A program made the translations under genes and the position numbers. Source: Flavipsychrobacter sp. (GTDB lineage: Bacteria > Bacteroidota > Bacteroidia > Chitinophagales > Chitinophagaceae). Taken from it: a stretch of DNA of 30,151 nt. The notes beneath the pieces were generated by a model that was not told where the DNA came from, searched no databases, and was given only the letters and a program-made list of their open reading frames with translations. The stretch spans positions 1 through 30,151 of the forward strand of contig DATCSV010000334.1 of assembly GCA_036568285.1 (NCBI GenBank). The letters run 5' to 3'. Shown here piece after piece: positions 9,806 through 18,271 of this stretch (the first letter of the stretch is position 1; each line of letters opens with the position of its first letter).

Positions 9806-10867
9806 ATGAAAAGATATGTGGGGATGATTCTTGTAGTACTGGTGGCTGTTTCGGGCCGTGCGCAGGATATACATTTTTCCCAGTTTTACGAGAACGCTAT
9901 TATGCGCAATCCCGGGCTGACGGGTATCTTCAGTGGTGATTATAAAGTAGGGGCTAACTACCGCACCCAATGGAGTAATATATCCGTACCGTTCCGGACG
10001 TTCCTGGTGTCTGCGGAAACAAGAGTGGTTACCAACAGGCAGGTGGGCGATTACCTGAGTTTTGGCGTAGCTGCTACCTATGATATGGCCGGCAGCATCA
10101 GCTTCAACAGCCTGCAGGTATATCCTGCACTCAACTACAATAAGTCGCTCGAAGACAAGCGTAATTCTTATCTGTCAGTAGGCTTTGCAGGTGGGTATAT
10201 CCAGCGCTCTATTGATTTTTCCAAAGCTACCTTCAGCACGCAATACGTTAACGGCAGCTATTCATCCACCAATATGTCCGGCGAAAACTTCAATAATACC
10301 ACCCTGGAAAATTACGACGTAGCGGCAGGTATCAGCCTCAACAGCTCCGCCGGTCCCGCCAATATCGTTAATTACTATGTTGGTTTTTCAGCATTTCACC
10401 TCAATAAGCCTAAGCACGCTTTCAAAGACGACAATGTATTGATAGTACTGGCTACCAAGTATGCAGCGAATGCAGGTTTTAGCTGGAGGATCAACAACCA
10501 GTTTGGCCTGGTGGCACATATGGATTATTACAAGCAAGGCACCTATACACAACTTATAGGCGGTGGTATGGCCAGTTGGCAAACGGCAAGCGAAACGGGC
10601 AATAACTTCAAGATCTACGCAGGACTGTTTGTGCGGGCTAAAGATGCTATCATCCCTACAGTCAAGATCGATTACGACATTTATTCGCTTACTTTTTCTT
10701 ACGATGTCAACTCATCCAGCCTGCAGCCCTATACAAGGGGCGCCGGCGGCACCGAACTTTCATTGTTCATCAGGGGCAGGTACAAAAAGAATGCCCAATA
10801 CGGGTCCAATGTTAGTTGCCCCCGCTTCGACCATATGTTGCAGGGCGACCCCGGTATGTATAACTAA
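9806..10867 (+). CDS. PorP/SprF-family T9SS outer-membrane protein
   Basis: AQDIHFSQFYENAIMRNPGLTG, YRTQW and the C-terminal FSYDV...GGTELSL are PorP/SprF hallmarks. It lies 25 nt downstream of a type-B CTD gene, the canonical pairing. Confidence 0.93.
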   Translation: MKRYVGMILVVLVAVSGRAQDIHFSQFYENAIMRNPGLTGIFSGDYKVGANYRTQWSNISVPFRTFLVSAETRVVTNRQVGDYLSFGVAATYDMAGSISFNSLQVYPALNYNKSLEDKRNSYLSVGFAGGYIQRSIDFSKATFSTQYVNGSYSSTNMSGENFNNTTLENYDVAAGISLNSSAGPANIVNYYVGFSAFHLNKPKHAFKDDNVLIVLATKYAANAGFSWRINNQFGLVAHMDYYKQGTYTQLIGGGMASWQTASETGNNFKIYAGLFVRAKDAIIPTVKIDYDIYSLTFSYDVNSSSLQPYTRGAGGTELSLFIRGRYKKNAQYGSNVSCPRFDHMLQGDPGMYN

Positions 10868-10880
10868 ACACAACACCGGG

Positions 10881-10920
10881 TAAAAAATAAAATCGGCGTG
10901 CCAGGGTGGTACGCCGATTT
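10881..10920. terminator. Probable bidirectional intrinsic terminator between the PorP/SprF gene and the response regulator
   Basis: AAATCGGCGT-GCC-AGGGT-GGT-ACGCCGATTT hairpin (10890-10920), followed on the minus strand by TATTTTTTA. Confidence 0.8.
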
Positions 10921-10944
10921 GTGTTATATCGTCCTATAGATATG

Positions 10945-11655
10945 CTATTCTGTGGGTTCCTTAGCACCGTCAAATACAAACTTGAAGCCGATGCCATGTA
11001 TGGTCTGTAGCTCCACGCCCGGCTGATCTTTCAGGTATTTGCGCACTTTGGTGATGAACACGTCCATGCTCCTGCCCAGGAAGTAATCTTCCTTGCCCCA
11101 TACGTTCAGCAGTATCTCATCGCGCTTCAGTACCTTATTGGCATTGTTGCACAGGTATTTTATCAGGTCGGCTTCGCGTTGGGTCAGTTGTTTGTCTTTA
11201 ACCCCGCCTTTCAGCGTCAGGTTATTGTAGTCAAACTCCAGGTTGCCCAGTTTGATGGAATCCGCCATTTCTTCCTCGTGCTTCATGGTACGCTTCAGGA
11301 ACACCTCTAAGCGCAGCAGCAGCTCCTGCATATTGAAGGGCTTGGTGATATAATCGTCGGCACCACTGCGGAAACCGGCTATCTTATCATCGTCCATCGA
11401 TTTGGAAGTAAGCAGCAGGATAGGGATATGCTGGTTTTTCTGCCTTATCTGGTTGGCCAGGCTCATACCGTCCTTTTTTGGGAGCATTACGTCCAGCAGG
11501 CAAATGTCAAAATTATGTTTCATAAACTGCGCCCAGGCAGCTTCGGCATCGGGGCAATGCACCACGTCGTAGCCATTTTTGGCCAGGCTGTCTTTTACTA
11601 CATAACTCAGCGTTGCATCGTCTTCTACAAGTAGTATTTTCGCTTTATCCGCCAT
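10945..11655 (-). CDS. OmpR/PhoB-family response regulator (RprY-like), orphan
   Basis: Receiver ILLVEDD...LLDVMLPKKDG...LLTSK...GADDYITKPF; winged helix LTQREADLIKYL...RDEILLNVWG...RSMDVFITKVRKYL...TIHGIGFKF. No adjacent kinase. Confidence 0.93.
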   Translation of the reverse strand: MADKAKILLVEDDATLSYVVKDSLAKNGYDVVHCPDAEAAWAQFMKHNFDICLLDVMLPKKDGMSLANQIRQKNQHIPILLLTSKSMDDDKIAGFRSGADDYITKPFNMQELLLRLEVFLKRTMKHEEEMADSIKLGNLEFDYNNLTLKGGVKDKQLTQREADLIKYLCNNANKVLKRDEILLNVWGKEDYFLGRSMDVFITKVRKYLKDQPGVELQTIHGIGFKFVFDGAKEPTE

Positions 11656-12018
11656 ATATTAATGTTGATATTATTTCCCGGTAATCGACTTTTTAGAAAA
11701 AGTATCTCTTTCTTTCCGATTTGCAAGATACAAATCCCCTTCCGCATGTATATATATTTTCCGGAAAAATCTTCCATCCGGCATAATAGTGCTTCTCAAC
11801 TGCTGTTGGGGTGTATGGCCAAATCTGCTACAAGATAATTGATAAACTTATAATATGGAAGTGCGGAGGTATGAAATATGCACTATTACTTGTATGTGAA
11901 ATGCTTCCTAAAAGGTACATGTATCTACATGCCGGGCTATTATGCGAAATGGCATCGGAATCTGCGGCTGGCTGGCATATTATCTGTACCTTAGTATGAA
12001 TGACTAAATTTCAATATA

Positions 12019-13578
12019 ATGAAATGTGTAGCCATATTGTTTTCAGTTCTGTTCTTTTCTGTCGCCGCAATTTCACAACCAGCTATCCAATGGCAAAAAG
12101 CCTACGGTGGTACCGCCCTGGATTGGTTGGGTGACGTAATACAAACCAAAGATGGCGGGTACCTCTTATTGGGCAAAATAAGCGGACTGAAAGCCGACGG
12201 TGATATATCCGGCAAGCACGCTGGCTATGATTATTGGTTAGTCAAAACAGATAGCCTGGGTGTCATTCAGTGGGAGAGAAACTATGGCGGGGATAACGCA
12301 GATGAGGGCAATAGCATAGTTGCGGCAAAGGATGGGGGCTACCTGTTGTTCGGAAATTCAAACTCCGGTGATAATGACGTTACCAATAATTACGGGCTGG
12401 CGGATTATTGGCTGGTGAAAGTAACGGCCAACGGTACGCTGAGCTGGCAGAAAAATTACTGCGGCTCCGGTTTTGATATCGGGAAGACGATCAGGGCAAC
12501 ATCAGACGGGGGGTATATAATGGTGGGATATACCAATTCGGACGATTATGATGTTTCGATGGTTAAAGGAGACCGTGACATCTGGGTACTGAAAGTAAAT
12601 GCAACAGGCGATATACAGTGGGAAAAATCCTATGGAGGCTCCGGTATCGACCTGGGAAATGATATACAGGAGGTAAGCGGAGGTGGGTATATCATTTGCG
12701 GAAGTACAACATCATCCGATAGCGATTTGACGAATAACTATGGGCTGGCGGATTACTGGCTGATAAGGATAACTGCGACAGGCGTCATCAGTTGGCAAAA
12801 GAACTATGGAGGTAGTATGGACGATGAGGCATTTTCGGTGGCCGTTTCTGACGACGGAGGATATATAGTGGCAGGGAGTTCAGCCTCTAACAACCGGGAT
12901 GTATCAGGTAATCATGGAGGTAAGGATGCCTGGATCGTAAAAACAGATGCATCGGGAGCTATAGTTTGGCAAAAATCATTGGGAGGTTCTGGAGATGAGT
13001 CTGCCATGATGGTGCAGCAACAAGCAGGTGGGAAATACATACTGGCGGGAAAAACATCATCAGCTGACGGAGATGTGCAGGGATTGCACGGTACAATGGC
13101 AGATATGTGGGTGATGGCGCTATATAGCAATGGTACGTTCAGGTGGACGAAAACTATAGGCGGAACATCTGCTGATGAAGGGCGTGTCGTACGTGAGACA
13201 ACAGATGGTGGGTACATAGTCGGTGGCCATAGTGAATCTGCCGATGGTGATGCCACAGGTTCCGGCAATCATAACAGTTGGGATTATTGGTTGGTCAAAC
13301 TAAGCGCAGCTGTAAACATAGATAATACTGAATATGCACAGGATACTAAAGTGTATCCCACTGTCACCAAAGGTGTGGTTTATGTGTCATTGGGTGCCGG
13401 TACAGAGGATTCAGAACTGAGGGTTTATAACCTTTCCGGCCAATTGATAAGTACCGATGCCACGACCAATGCTGAGAGGATGATTGATCTTTCCGGCCAT
13501 CCGGCAGGAACATACTATCTGCATGTAATTCACCCAAAGCACAAGTCTGTACATAAGTTGGTTTATATGGCTGAATAG
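12019..13578 (+). CDS. Secreted seven-bladed beta-propeller-type protein with type-A T9SS CTD
   Basis: Signal peptide; 7 repeats of W.K.YGG...D.......DGGY...G.S.S.D.D......G..DYWLVK; C-terminal VYPT...GVVYV...LRVYNLSGQLI...IDLSGHPAGTYYLHV...KL. Confidence 0.85.
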   Translation: MKCVAILFSVLFFSVAAISQPAIQWQKAYGGTALDWLGDVIQTKDGGYLLLGKISGLKADGDISGKHAGYDYWLVKTDSLGVIQWERNYGGDNADEGNSIVAAKDGGYLLFGNSNSGDNDVTNNYGLADYWLVKVTANGTLSWQKNYCGSGFDIGKTIRATSDGGYIMVGYTNSDDYDVSMVKGDRDIWVLKVNATGDIQWEKSYGGSGIDLGNDIQEVSGGGYIICGSTTSSDSDLTNNYGLADYWLIRITATGVISWQKNYGGSMDDEAFSVAVSDDGGYIVAGSSASNNRDVSGNHGGKDAWIVKTDASGAIVWQKSLGGSGDESAMMVQQQAGGKYILAGKTSSADGDVQGLHGTMADMWVMALYSNGTFRWTKTIGGTSADEGRVVRETTDGGYIVGGHSESADGDATGSGNHNSWDYWLVKLSAAVNIDNTEYAQDTKVYPTVTKGVVYVSLGAGTEDSELRVYNLSGQLISTDATTNAERMIDLSGHPAGTYYLHVIHPKHKSVHKLVYMAE

Positions 13579-13616
13579 AGAAGCGAAATCGCATGTCTTT
13601 TTTATTATATTTTGCG

Positions 13617-13624
13617 TATATTTG
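13617..13624 (+). promoter_or_regulatory. -7 promoter box
   Basis: TATATTTG is an exact TAnnTTTG match 39 nt after the preceding stop codon. Confidence 0.45.
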
Positions 13625-13728
13625 CTATAGTAAATATGTACAGCCAGGCAGCACACCAAACCATAGATTATGAAACACGAACATCACCCTCTCAACCCAA
13701 GCAACATATTGTTACCATCAGCTTCCAT

Positions 13729-13753
13729 CCCCAACCAGCAGTTGGGGCTTTTT
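13729..13753 (+). terminator. Intrinsic terminator (plus strand)
   Basis: CCCCAAC-CAGCA-GTTGGGG followed by CTTTTT. Confidence 0.65.
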
Positions 13754-14061
13754 ATTATCCCTACCTCCCCGGGAAAGACACCTGCAGAGTTAACAAAAGT
13801 TAACAAAGTGTATTGCAACGAAATGATTATCAGTTATTTACCAGAACAGGTTATTGCCTGCCGGTTAAGGCATTTCGCACATATTCGGTATAGTCAGTTA
13901 ACAACCGAACGCAGTGAGCTCAACGAGACAAATGAAAAAGACATGAATTATCAGGTTAACATAAACGTCAATACAACTTGTTACGATTTTAACCTGTCAA
14001 CCCGCTACCCTTTTAAGCCATTAACCTTATCTTGCAGCCTGATAAAAACAAATATTAAGCA

Positions 14062-14715
14062 ATGCCACTGATAGCGCCTTCCATACTTTCCGCCGATTTT
14101 CTGAACCTGGGCCGTGATATAGAAATGGTGAACAACAGCGAAGCCGATTGGTTTCACCTGGACGTGATGGACGGGCGTTTTGTACCCAATATCAGCTATG
14201 GTATGTCCATCATCAAAACCATGAAGAAGGTGGCTACTAAAACCTTCGATGTACACCTGATGATCGTGGAACCCGAAAAGTATTTCTCAGATTTCAAAGA
14301 TGCCGGCGCGGATATACTGACAGTACACTACGAGGCCAGTACCCATCTGCACCGCAATATACAGGCCATCAAAGCCTTGGGTATGAAGGCAGGGGTATCG
14401 CTCAATCCGCACACTCCCGTTCAGGTGCTGGAAGATATTATAGCAGATATTGACCTGGTGTTGATCATGAGCGTTAACCCCGGCTTCGGCGGACAGAAGT
14501 TTATACCGCAGGCGCTGGAAAAGGTAAAGAAAGTAAAAAAGATGATTACGGACAGTGGTAGCAGTGCCCTGATAGAAGTAGACGGCGGCGTAACACTGGA
14601 TAACGCCCCCACACTCGTGGCTGCAGGTGCCGATGTGCTGGTGGCAGGTAATACCGTATTTTCTTCGCCCGACCCCGCAGCAACCATTCAACAACTGAAA
14701 CAGGCAGGGAAATAA
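14062..14715 (+). CDS. rpe: Ribulose-phosphate 3-epimerase
   Basis: IAPSILSADF, HLDVMDGRFVPNIS, DVHLMI, TVHYEA, LIMSVNPGFGGQKF, IEVDGGV, VAG. Confidence 0.98.
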   Translation: MPLIAPSILSADFLNLGRDIEMVNNSEADWFHLDVMDGRFVPNISYGMSIIKTMKKVATKTFDVHLMIVEPEKYFSDFKDAGADILTVHYEASTHLHRNIQAIKALGMKAGVSLNPHTPVQVLEDIIADIDLVLIMSVNPGFGGQKFIPQALEKVKKVKKMITDSGSSALIEVDGGVTLDNAPTLVAAGADVLVAGNTVFSSPDPAATIQQLKQAGK

Positions 14716-14743
14716 ACTTTCAACTATTACCGTTAACAGACAG

Positions 14744-17194
14744 ATGCAGAAGCTCACCGTATTTATTGTCCTCCTCATGGCGCTGGCTACAACGGGCCTC
14801 GCGCAGCAGTTTGCCTATATTAAAGGCCGTGTTACTAACGAGCGGGGCAGGGGGATAGAAGCGGTGACGGTAGCGGTAAGCGGTACGGGCATCGGCACCG
14901 GCACCGACAGGAAGGGTAATTACGAGCTGCAGGTACCCGCCAACACTACCATTACTGTAGCATTTACCTATGTGGGCTACGAAACACAGACCCAATCGCT
15001 GACGATGGTGCCGGGGCAAAGCAAGACCATCGACATACAACTGGAAGAGTCAGCCACCCAACTGGAGGAGGTGACTAAAACAGCCGACCGCAGCGAAGAG
15101 GCCGGAAATATAAAACTGGATGTGAGTAAAGCAGGGCTGATTCCCACTGTGGGTTTCGGCAGCGGCGTGGAAGCGTTGATAAAGACCTATGTAGGCAGCA
15201 ACAATGAACTGACCTCTCAATATAATGTACGCGGTGGCAACTACGATGAGAACCTGGTGTATGTCAACGATTTTGAAATATACCGCCCGTTCCTTACCCG
15301 TAGCGGACAGCAGGAAGGGATGAGTTTCGTGAACGCCGACCTGGTGTCCGGGGTGAATTTCTCGATAGGTGGTTTTCAGTCTAAATACGGCGATAAGATG
15401 TCGAGCGTATTGGATGTCAATTACAAAAATCCAACAGAATTTGGCGGACGTGCAATGATAAGCGCCCTGGGAGCCAGCCTGGCCCTGGAGGGAGCATCTA
15501 AAAACGGGAAACTGACCTGGCTGGCCGGTGCCCGTCAAAAAAGCAACCAATACCTGCTACAGTCTCAACCTACCAAGGGTGTGTACAACCCCTCTTTTAC
15601 CGATGTACAGGCTGATATCAAATATCATTTCAGCCCCAAATGGGAGGTAGAACTGATAGGCAACTATGCCCGCAACCGTTTCAACTTTGTGCCGGAAGAA
15701 CAGACCAGCAGCTTCGGGCTTATCAACAAGGCGTTCCAGCTACGCGTGTTCTACGACGGACAGGAAATTGACCAGTTTGACTCCCGTTTCGGGGGTGTGT
15801 CTACTACCTTCAAACCCAATAGTAAGTTACGCCTTAAATTACTCGCCTCAGGTTTCCAGACCAATGAGAAAGAAACCTATGACTTCATGGGTGAGTACCT
15901 GCTGGGCGAGTTGGAGACGGACCTGGGCAAGGAAGATTTCGGCCAGTTAAAGACCTACCTCGGTACCGGCCTTATACATACGTATGCCCGCAATTACCTG
16001 CAGGTAAACGTAGGCGACATAGGGCACCGGGGCAGCTACGACGGCGGCAAACACTTTATACAATGGGGACTGGGTGCAAATATTACATCCATCAGCGATA
16101 AGCTGAACGAATGGGAGCGCCGCGATTCAGCGGGTTTTACGCAGCCCTTTGACCCCAATAGCCTGGAGCTGACAAAAGTGTACGCTTCTTCATCCGATTT
16201 TAACTATATCAGGTATACCGGCTACCTGCAGGATAATTTCAAACTAAGCGACTCCATCGACCTGACAGGTTCTATCGGGGCAAGATTCAACTACAGCACG
16301 CTGAACGGTGAACTACTCGTCAGCCCCCGCGCACATCTTGCTTACAAGCCGGAATGGAAGAATGATATTGTTTTCAAATTGGCGGGCGGGCTCTATCAAC
16401 AGCCACCGTTCTATCGTGAGATGCGCGACCTGAATGGTAATGTCAACCAATCGCTGAAGGCGCAGAAGTCGTTCCATATATTATTGGGCAGTGATTATAA
16501 CTTCCTGGGCTGGGGACGACCATTCAAGCTGACTACAGAGGTATATTATAAAGGCCTCTGGGACATTGTGCCCTACGAGTATGATAATGTACGCATCCGC
16601 TACTTCGGCAAAAACAACGCCGTCGGCCGTATTTATGGAGGAGAAGTACGTATATATGGTGATATAGTAAAAGATGCCACATCGTGGATAAGCGTAGGTA
16701 TTATGAAAGCGGAGGAAAACCTAACTGACGACATCATCGTATACAAAAATACAGCAGGTGCAGATAGTGCTACGGTGGAGCCGGGCTATGTGCCCCGCCC
16801 TGCCGACCAGCGTTTTATGCTGGGCATGTATTTTGAGGACTACCTGCCCCGCAACAAAAATTTTAAAATGCACCTGAATCTCATGTATTCCACGGGGTTG
16901 CCTTTCGGCCCTCCCGACCAGAAGCGATACGGCGATACATTGCGCCTGCCGCAATATATACGTGTAGATATAGGTTTCTCGGCCCTGCTGCTGGATGGCA
17001 GCAAACATAAGGATAAGAAGTTGCTCAACAGCTTCAAGAAAATCTGGTTCAGTGCAGAGGCGTTCAACCTGCTGGGTATACAAAATACATTATCTTACAC
17101 CTGGATACAGGATCAGAGCAGCGGCCTTACTTTTGCAGTACCCAACCGCCTTACATCGCGGCTGATTAATGCTAAACTGATAGTGGATTTCTGA
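14744..17194 (+). CDS. TonB-dependent receptor with N-terminal carboxypeptidase-regulatory-like domain
   Basis: Signal peptide; IKGRVTNERG...VTVAV...GTGTDRKGNYEL...FTYVGYE N-domain; plug NNELTSQYNVRGGNYDENLVYVNDFEIYRPF...GGFQSKYGDKMSSVLDV; barrel ending in Phe (…KLIVDF). Confidence 0.9.
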   Translation: MQKLTVFIVLLMALATTGLAQQFAYIKGRVTNERGRGIEAVTVAVSGTGIGTGTDRKGNYELQVPANTTITVAFTYVGYETQTQSLTMVPGQSKTIDIQLEESATQLEEVTKTADRSEEAGNIKLDVSKAGLIPTVGFGSGVEALIKTYVGSNNELTSQYNVRGGNYDENLVYVNDFEIYRPFLTRSGQQEGMSFVNADLVSGVNFSIGGFQSKYGDKMSSVLDVNYKNPTEFGGRAMISALGASLALEGASKNGKLTWLAGARQKSNQYLLQSQPTKGVYNPSFTDVQADIKYHFSPKWEVELIGNYARNRFNFVPEEQTSSFGLINKAFQLRVFYDGQEIDQFDSRFGGVSTTFKPNSKLRLKLLASGFQTNEKETYDFMGEYLLGELETDLGKEDFGQLKTYLGTGLIHTYARNYLQVNVGDIGHRGSYDGGKHFIQWGLGANITSISDKLNEWERRDSAGFTQPFDPNSLELTKVYASSSDFNYIRYTGYLQDNFKLSDSIDLTGSIGARFNYSTLNGELLVSPRAHLAYKPEWKNDIVFKLAGGLYQQPPFYREMRDLNGNVNQSLKAQKSFHILLGSDYNFLGWGRPFKLTTEVYYKGLWDIVPYEYDNVRIRYFGKNNAVGRIYGGEVRIYGDIVKDATSWISVGIMKAEENLTDDIIVYKNTAGADSATVEPGYVPRPADQRFMLGMYFEDYLPRNKNFKMHLNLMYSTGLPFGPPDQKRYGDTLRLPQYIRVDIGFSALLLDGSKHKDKKLLNSFKKIWFSAEAFNLLGIQNTLSYTWIQDQSSGLTFAVPNRLTSRLINAKLIVDF

Positions 17195-17219
17195 TTTGGA
17201 AACAGAAAAATAATAAGAG

Positions 17220-17447
17220 ATGAAAAACATATTATTTATCGTATTTGTGCTTATTACAGGAGCAACTGCCTGCAAAAAGAAAGACACATATGGCTATACC
17301 TGCCGCTGCCAGGACAAGAACTCGGGGCAGACAGATACCATTTATACGCTTAGGGTACCCACATCCGGCGAGGCCTCGTACCGTTGTAAAGACTTTGCAG
17401 ACACCGCCAATGCCTCTGGCAAGAATATAGAATGTAAAATCGACTAA
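17220..17447 (+). CDS. Small Cys-rich lipoprotein (75 aa)
   Basis: MKN + hydrophobic stretch + ATAC lipobox (C18), then KKKD; mature part has YTCRC...ASYRC...ECKID. Confidence 0.8.
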   Translation: MKNILFIVFVLITGATACKKKDTYGYTCRCQDKNSGQTDTIYTLRVPTSGEASYRCKDFADTANASGKNIECKID

Positions 17448-17568
17448 ATTGAGCGATTTTATTATTTATGACAAATACATGGCAGCAAGGCTATAAAATT
17501 AGTCGAGAGTTTTATAATTTTGTTAACTTAGCCTTTCGTTTGGCTACTAAGCATAAATGTTCTGAAAA

Positions 17569-17787
17569 ATGAAAAAAATATTAATACTGGCAGCTTCTAC
17601 AATAATATTCACTTCTTGCACCAAGGAGTATGTGTGTGAATGCAGCGACTCCGTTAGTGATGAGAAGAGTGAAATGACATACTGGACAAACCAGAAATCT
17701 CATGCCAGGCGCCTGTGCGAAGATTGGGCTACCCGTCAACGTAGCGTATTCCCCGACAGGGATCAACTAACTTGTACAATTAAGTAA
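17569..17787 (+). CDS. Small Cys-rich lipoprotein (72 aa), paralog of the preceding gene
   Basis: MKK + hydrophobic stretch + FTSC lipobox (C17); mature part has YVCEC...ARRLC...TCTIK. Confidence 0.8.
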   Translation: MKKILILAASTIIFTSCTKEYVCECSDSVSDEKSEMTYWTNQKSHARRLCEDWATRQRSVFPDRDQLTCTIK

Positions 17788-17795
17788 ATTATCTT

Positions 17796-17818
17796 AACCG
17801 GCTTTCGCCGGTTTTTTT
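17796..17818 (+). terminator. Intrinsic terminator
   Basis: AACCGGC-TTTC-GCCGGTT followed by TTTTT, 8 nt after the stop. Confidence 0.9.
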
Positions 17819-17873
17819 ATAGCATGCACCTCTATGACTGATTCTCACCATTGCTATATTTAAGGGAATTTTA

Positions 17874-17881
17874 TATATTTG
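17874..17881 (+). promoter_or_regulatory. -7 promoter box
   Basis: TATATTTG, 11 nt upstream of ATG 17893. Confidence 0.55.
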
Positions 17882-17892
17882 TAGTAGCCCCA

Positions 17893-18174
17893 ATGAGTCA
17901 CGTAGGCGAAACCATAGGCATCTTTAAAGATATGGCGGAAGCTATTTCGGCCAGGCACTTAGCTAATATCAGGCTAATGGCTGCCGAAAAAGGGGCGCGC
18001 CCGCCTTTTGATGACCTGATGGCACAGTTGAAACTAATGGAGCAGGAACTAACCGGACAGGGAGTAAAATTCATTGAAAAGCACAATGGAACACCTGCCG
18101 AACGGGAAGCACTTACCGAAGAATTAAAAGGTGCTATCCGCGCCACAATTGAGGGATTTATCCGGCAGTTATAA
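17893..18174 (+). CDS. Hypothetical helical protein (93 aa)
   Basis: ORF with its own -7 box. Start moved from TTG 17851 to ATG 17893 (MSHVGETIGIF). Amphipathic helical pattern, no signal peptide. Confidence 0.7.
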   Translation: MSHVGETIGIFKDMAEAISARHLANIRLMAAEKGARPPFDDLMAQLKLMEQELTGQGVKFIEKHNGTPAEREALTEELKGAIRATIEGFIRQL

Positions 18175-18271
18175 GTCTCACATTAAAATCGGTATAAAAC
18201 AGCTGCATCCTCGGTACAAGGCAGGTTGTGTCCCTCATTTTAGCTATCTTTAAATACGAAAATTGTAACTA

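Noticed and set aside
2448-9970. Many 60-160-aa ORFs overlapping or antisense to the 2427-aa gene, and likewise inside rpe, the TBDR, the 1727-aa gene and the kinase
   Set aside because: Shadow ORFs: they mirror the host repeat periodicity or codon bias, lack family motifs and overlap well-supported CDSs.
11811-11999. 62-aa ORF in the divergent intergenic region
   Set aside because: GTG start, no recognisable motif or promoter, and Cys/Trp-rich composition typical of non-coding frames.
13670-14071. 133-aa ORF with His-rich start (MKHEHH) as a gene or his attenuator peptide
   Set aside because: It crosses a terminator, overlaps rpe, covers motif-rich regulatory DNA, and no histidine-biosynthesis gene follows.
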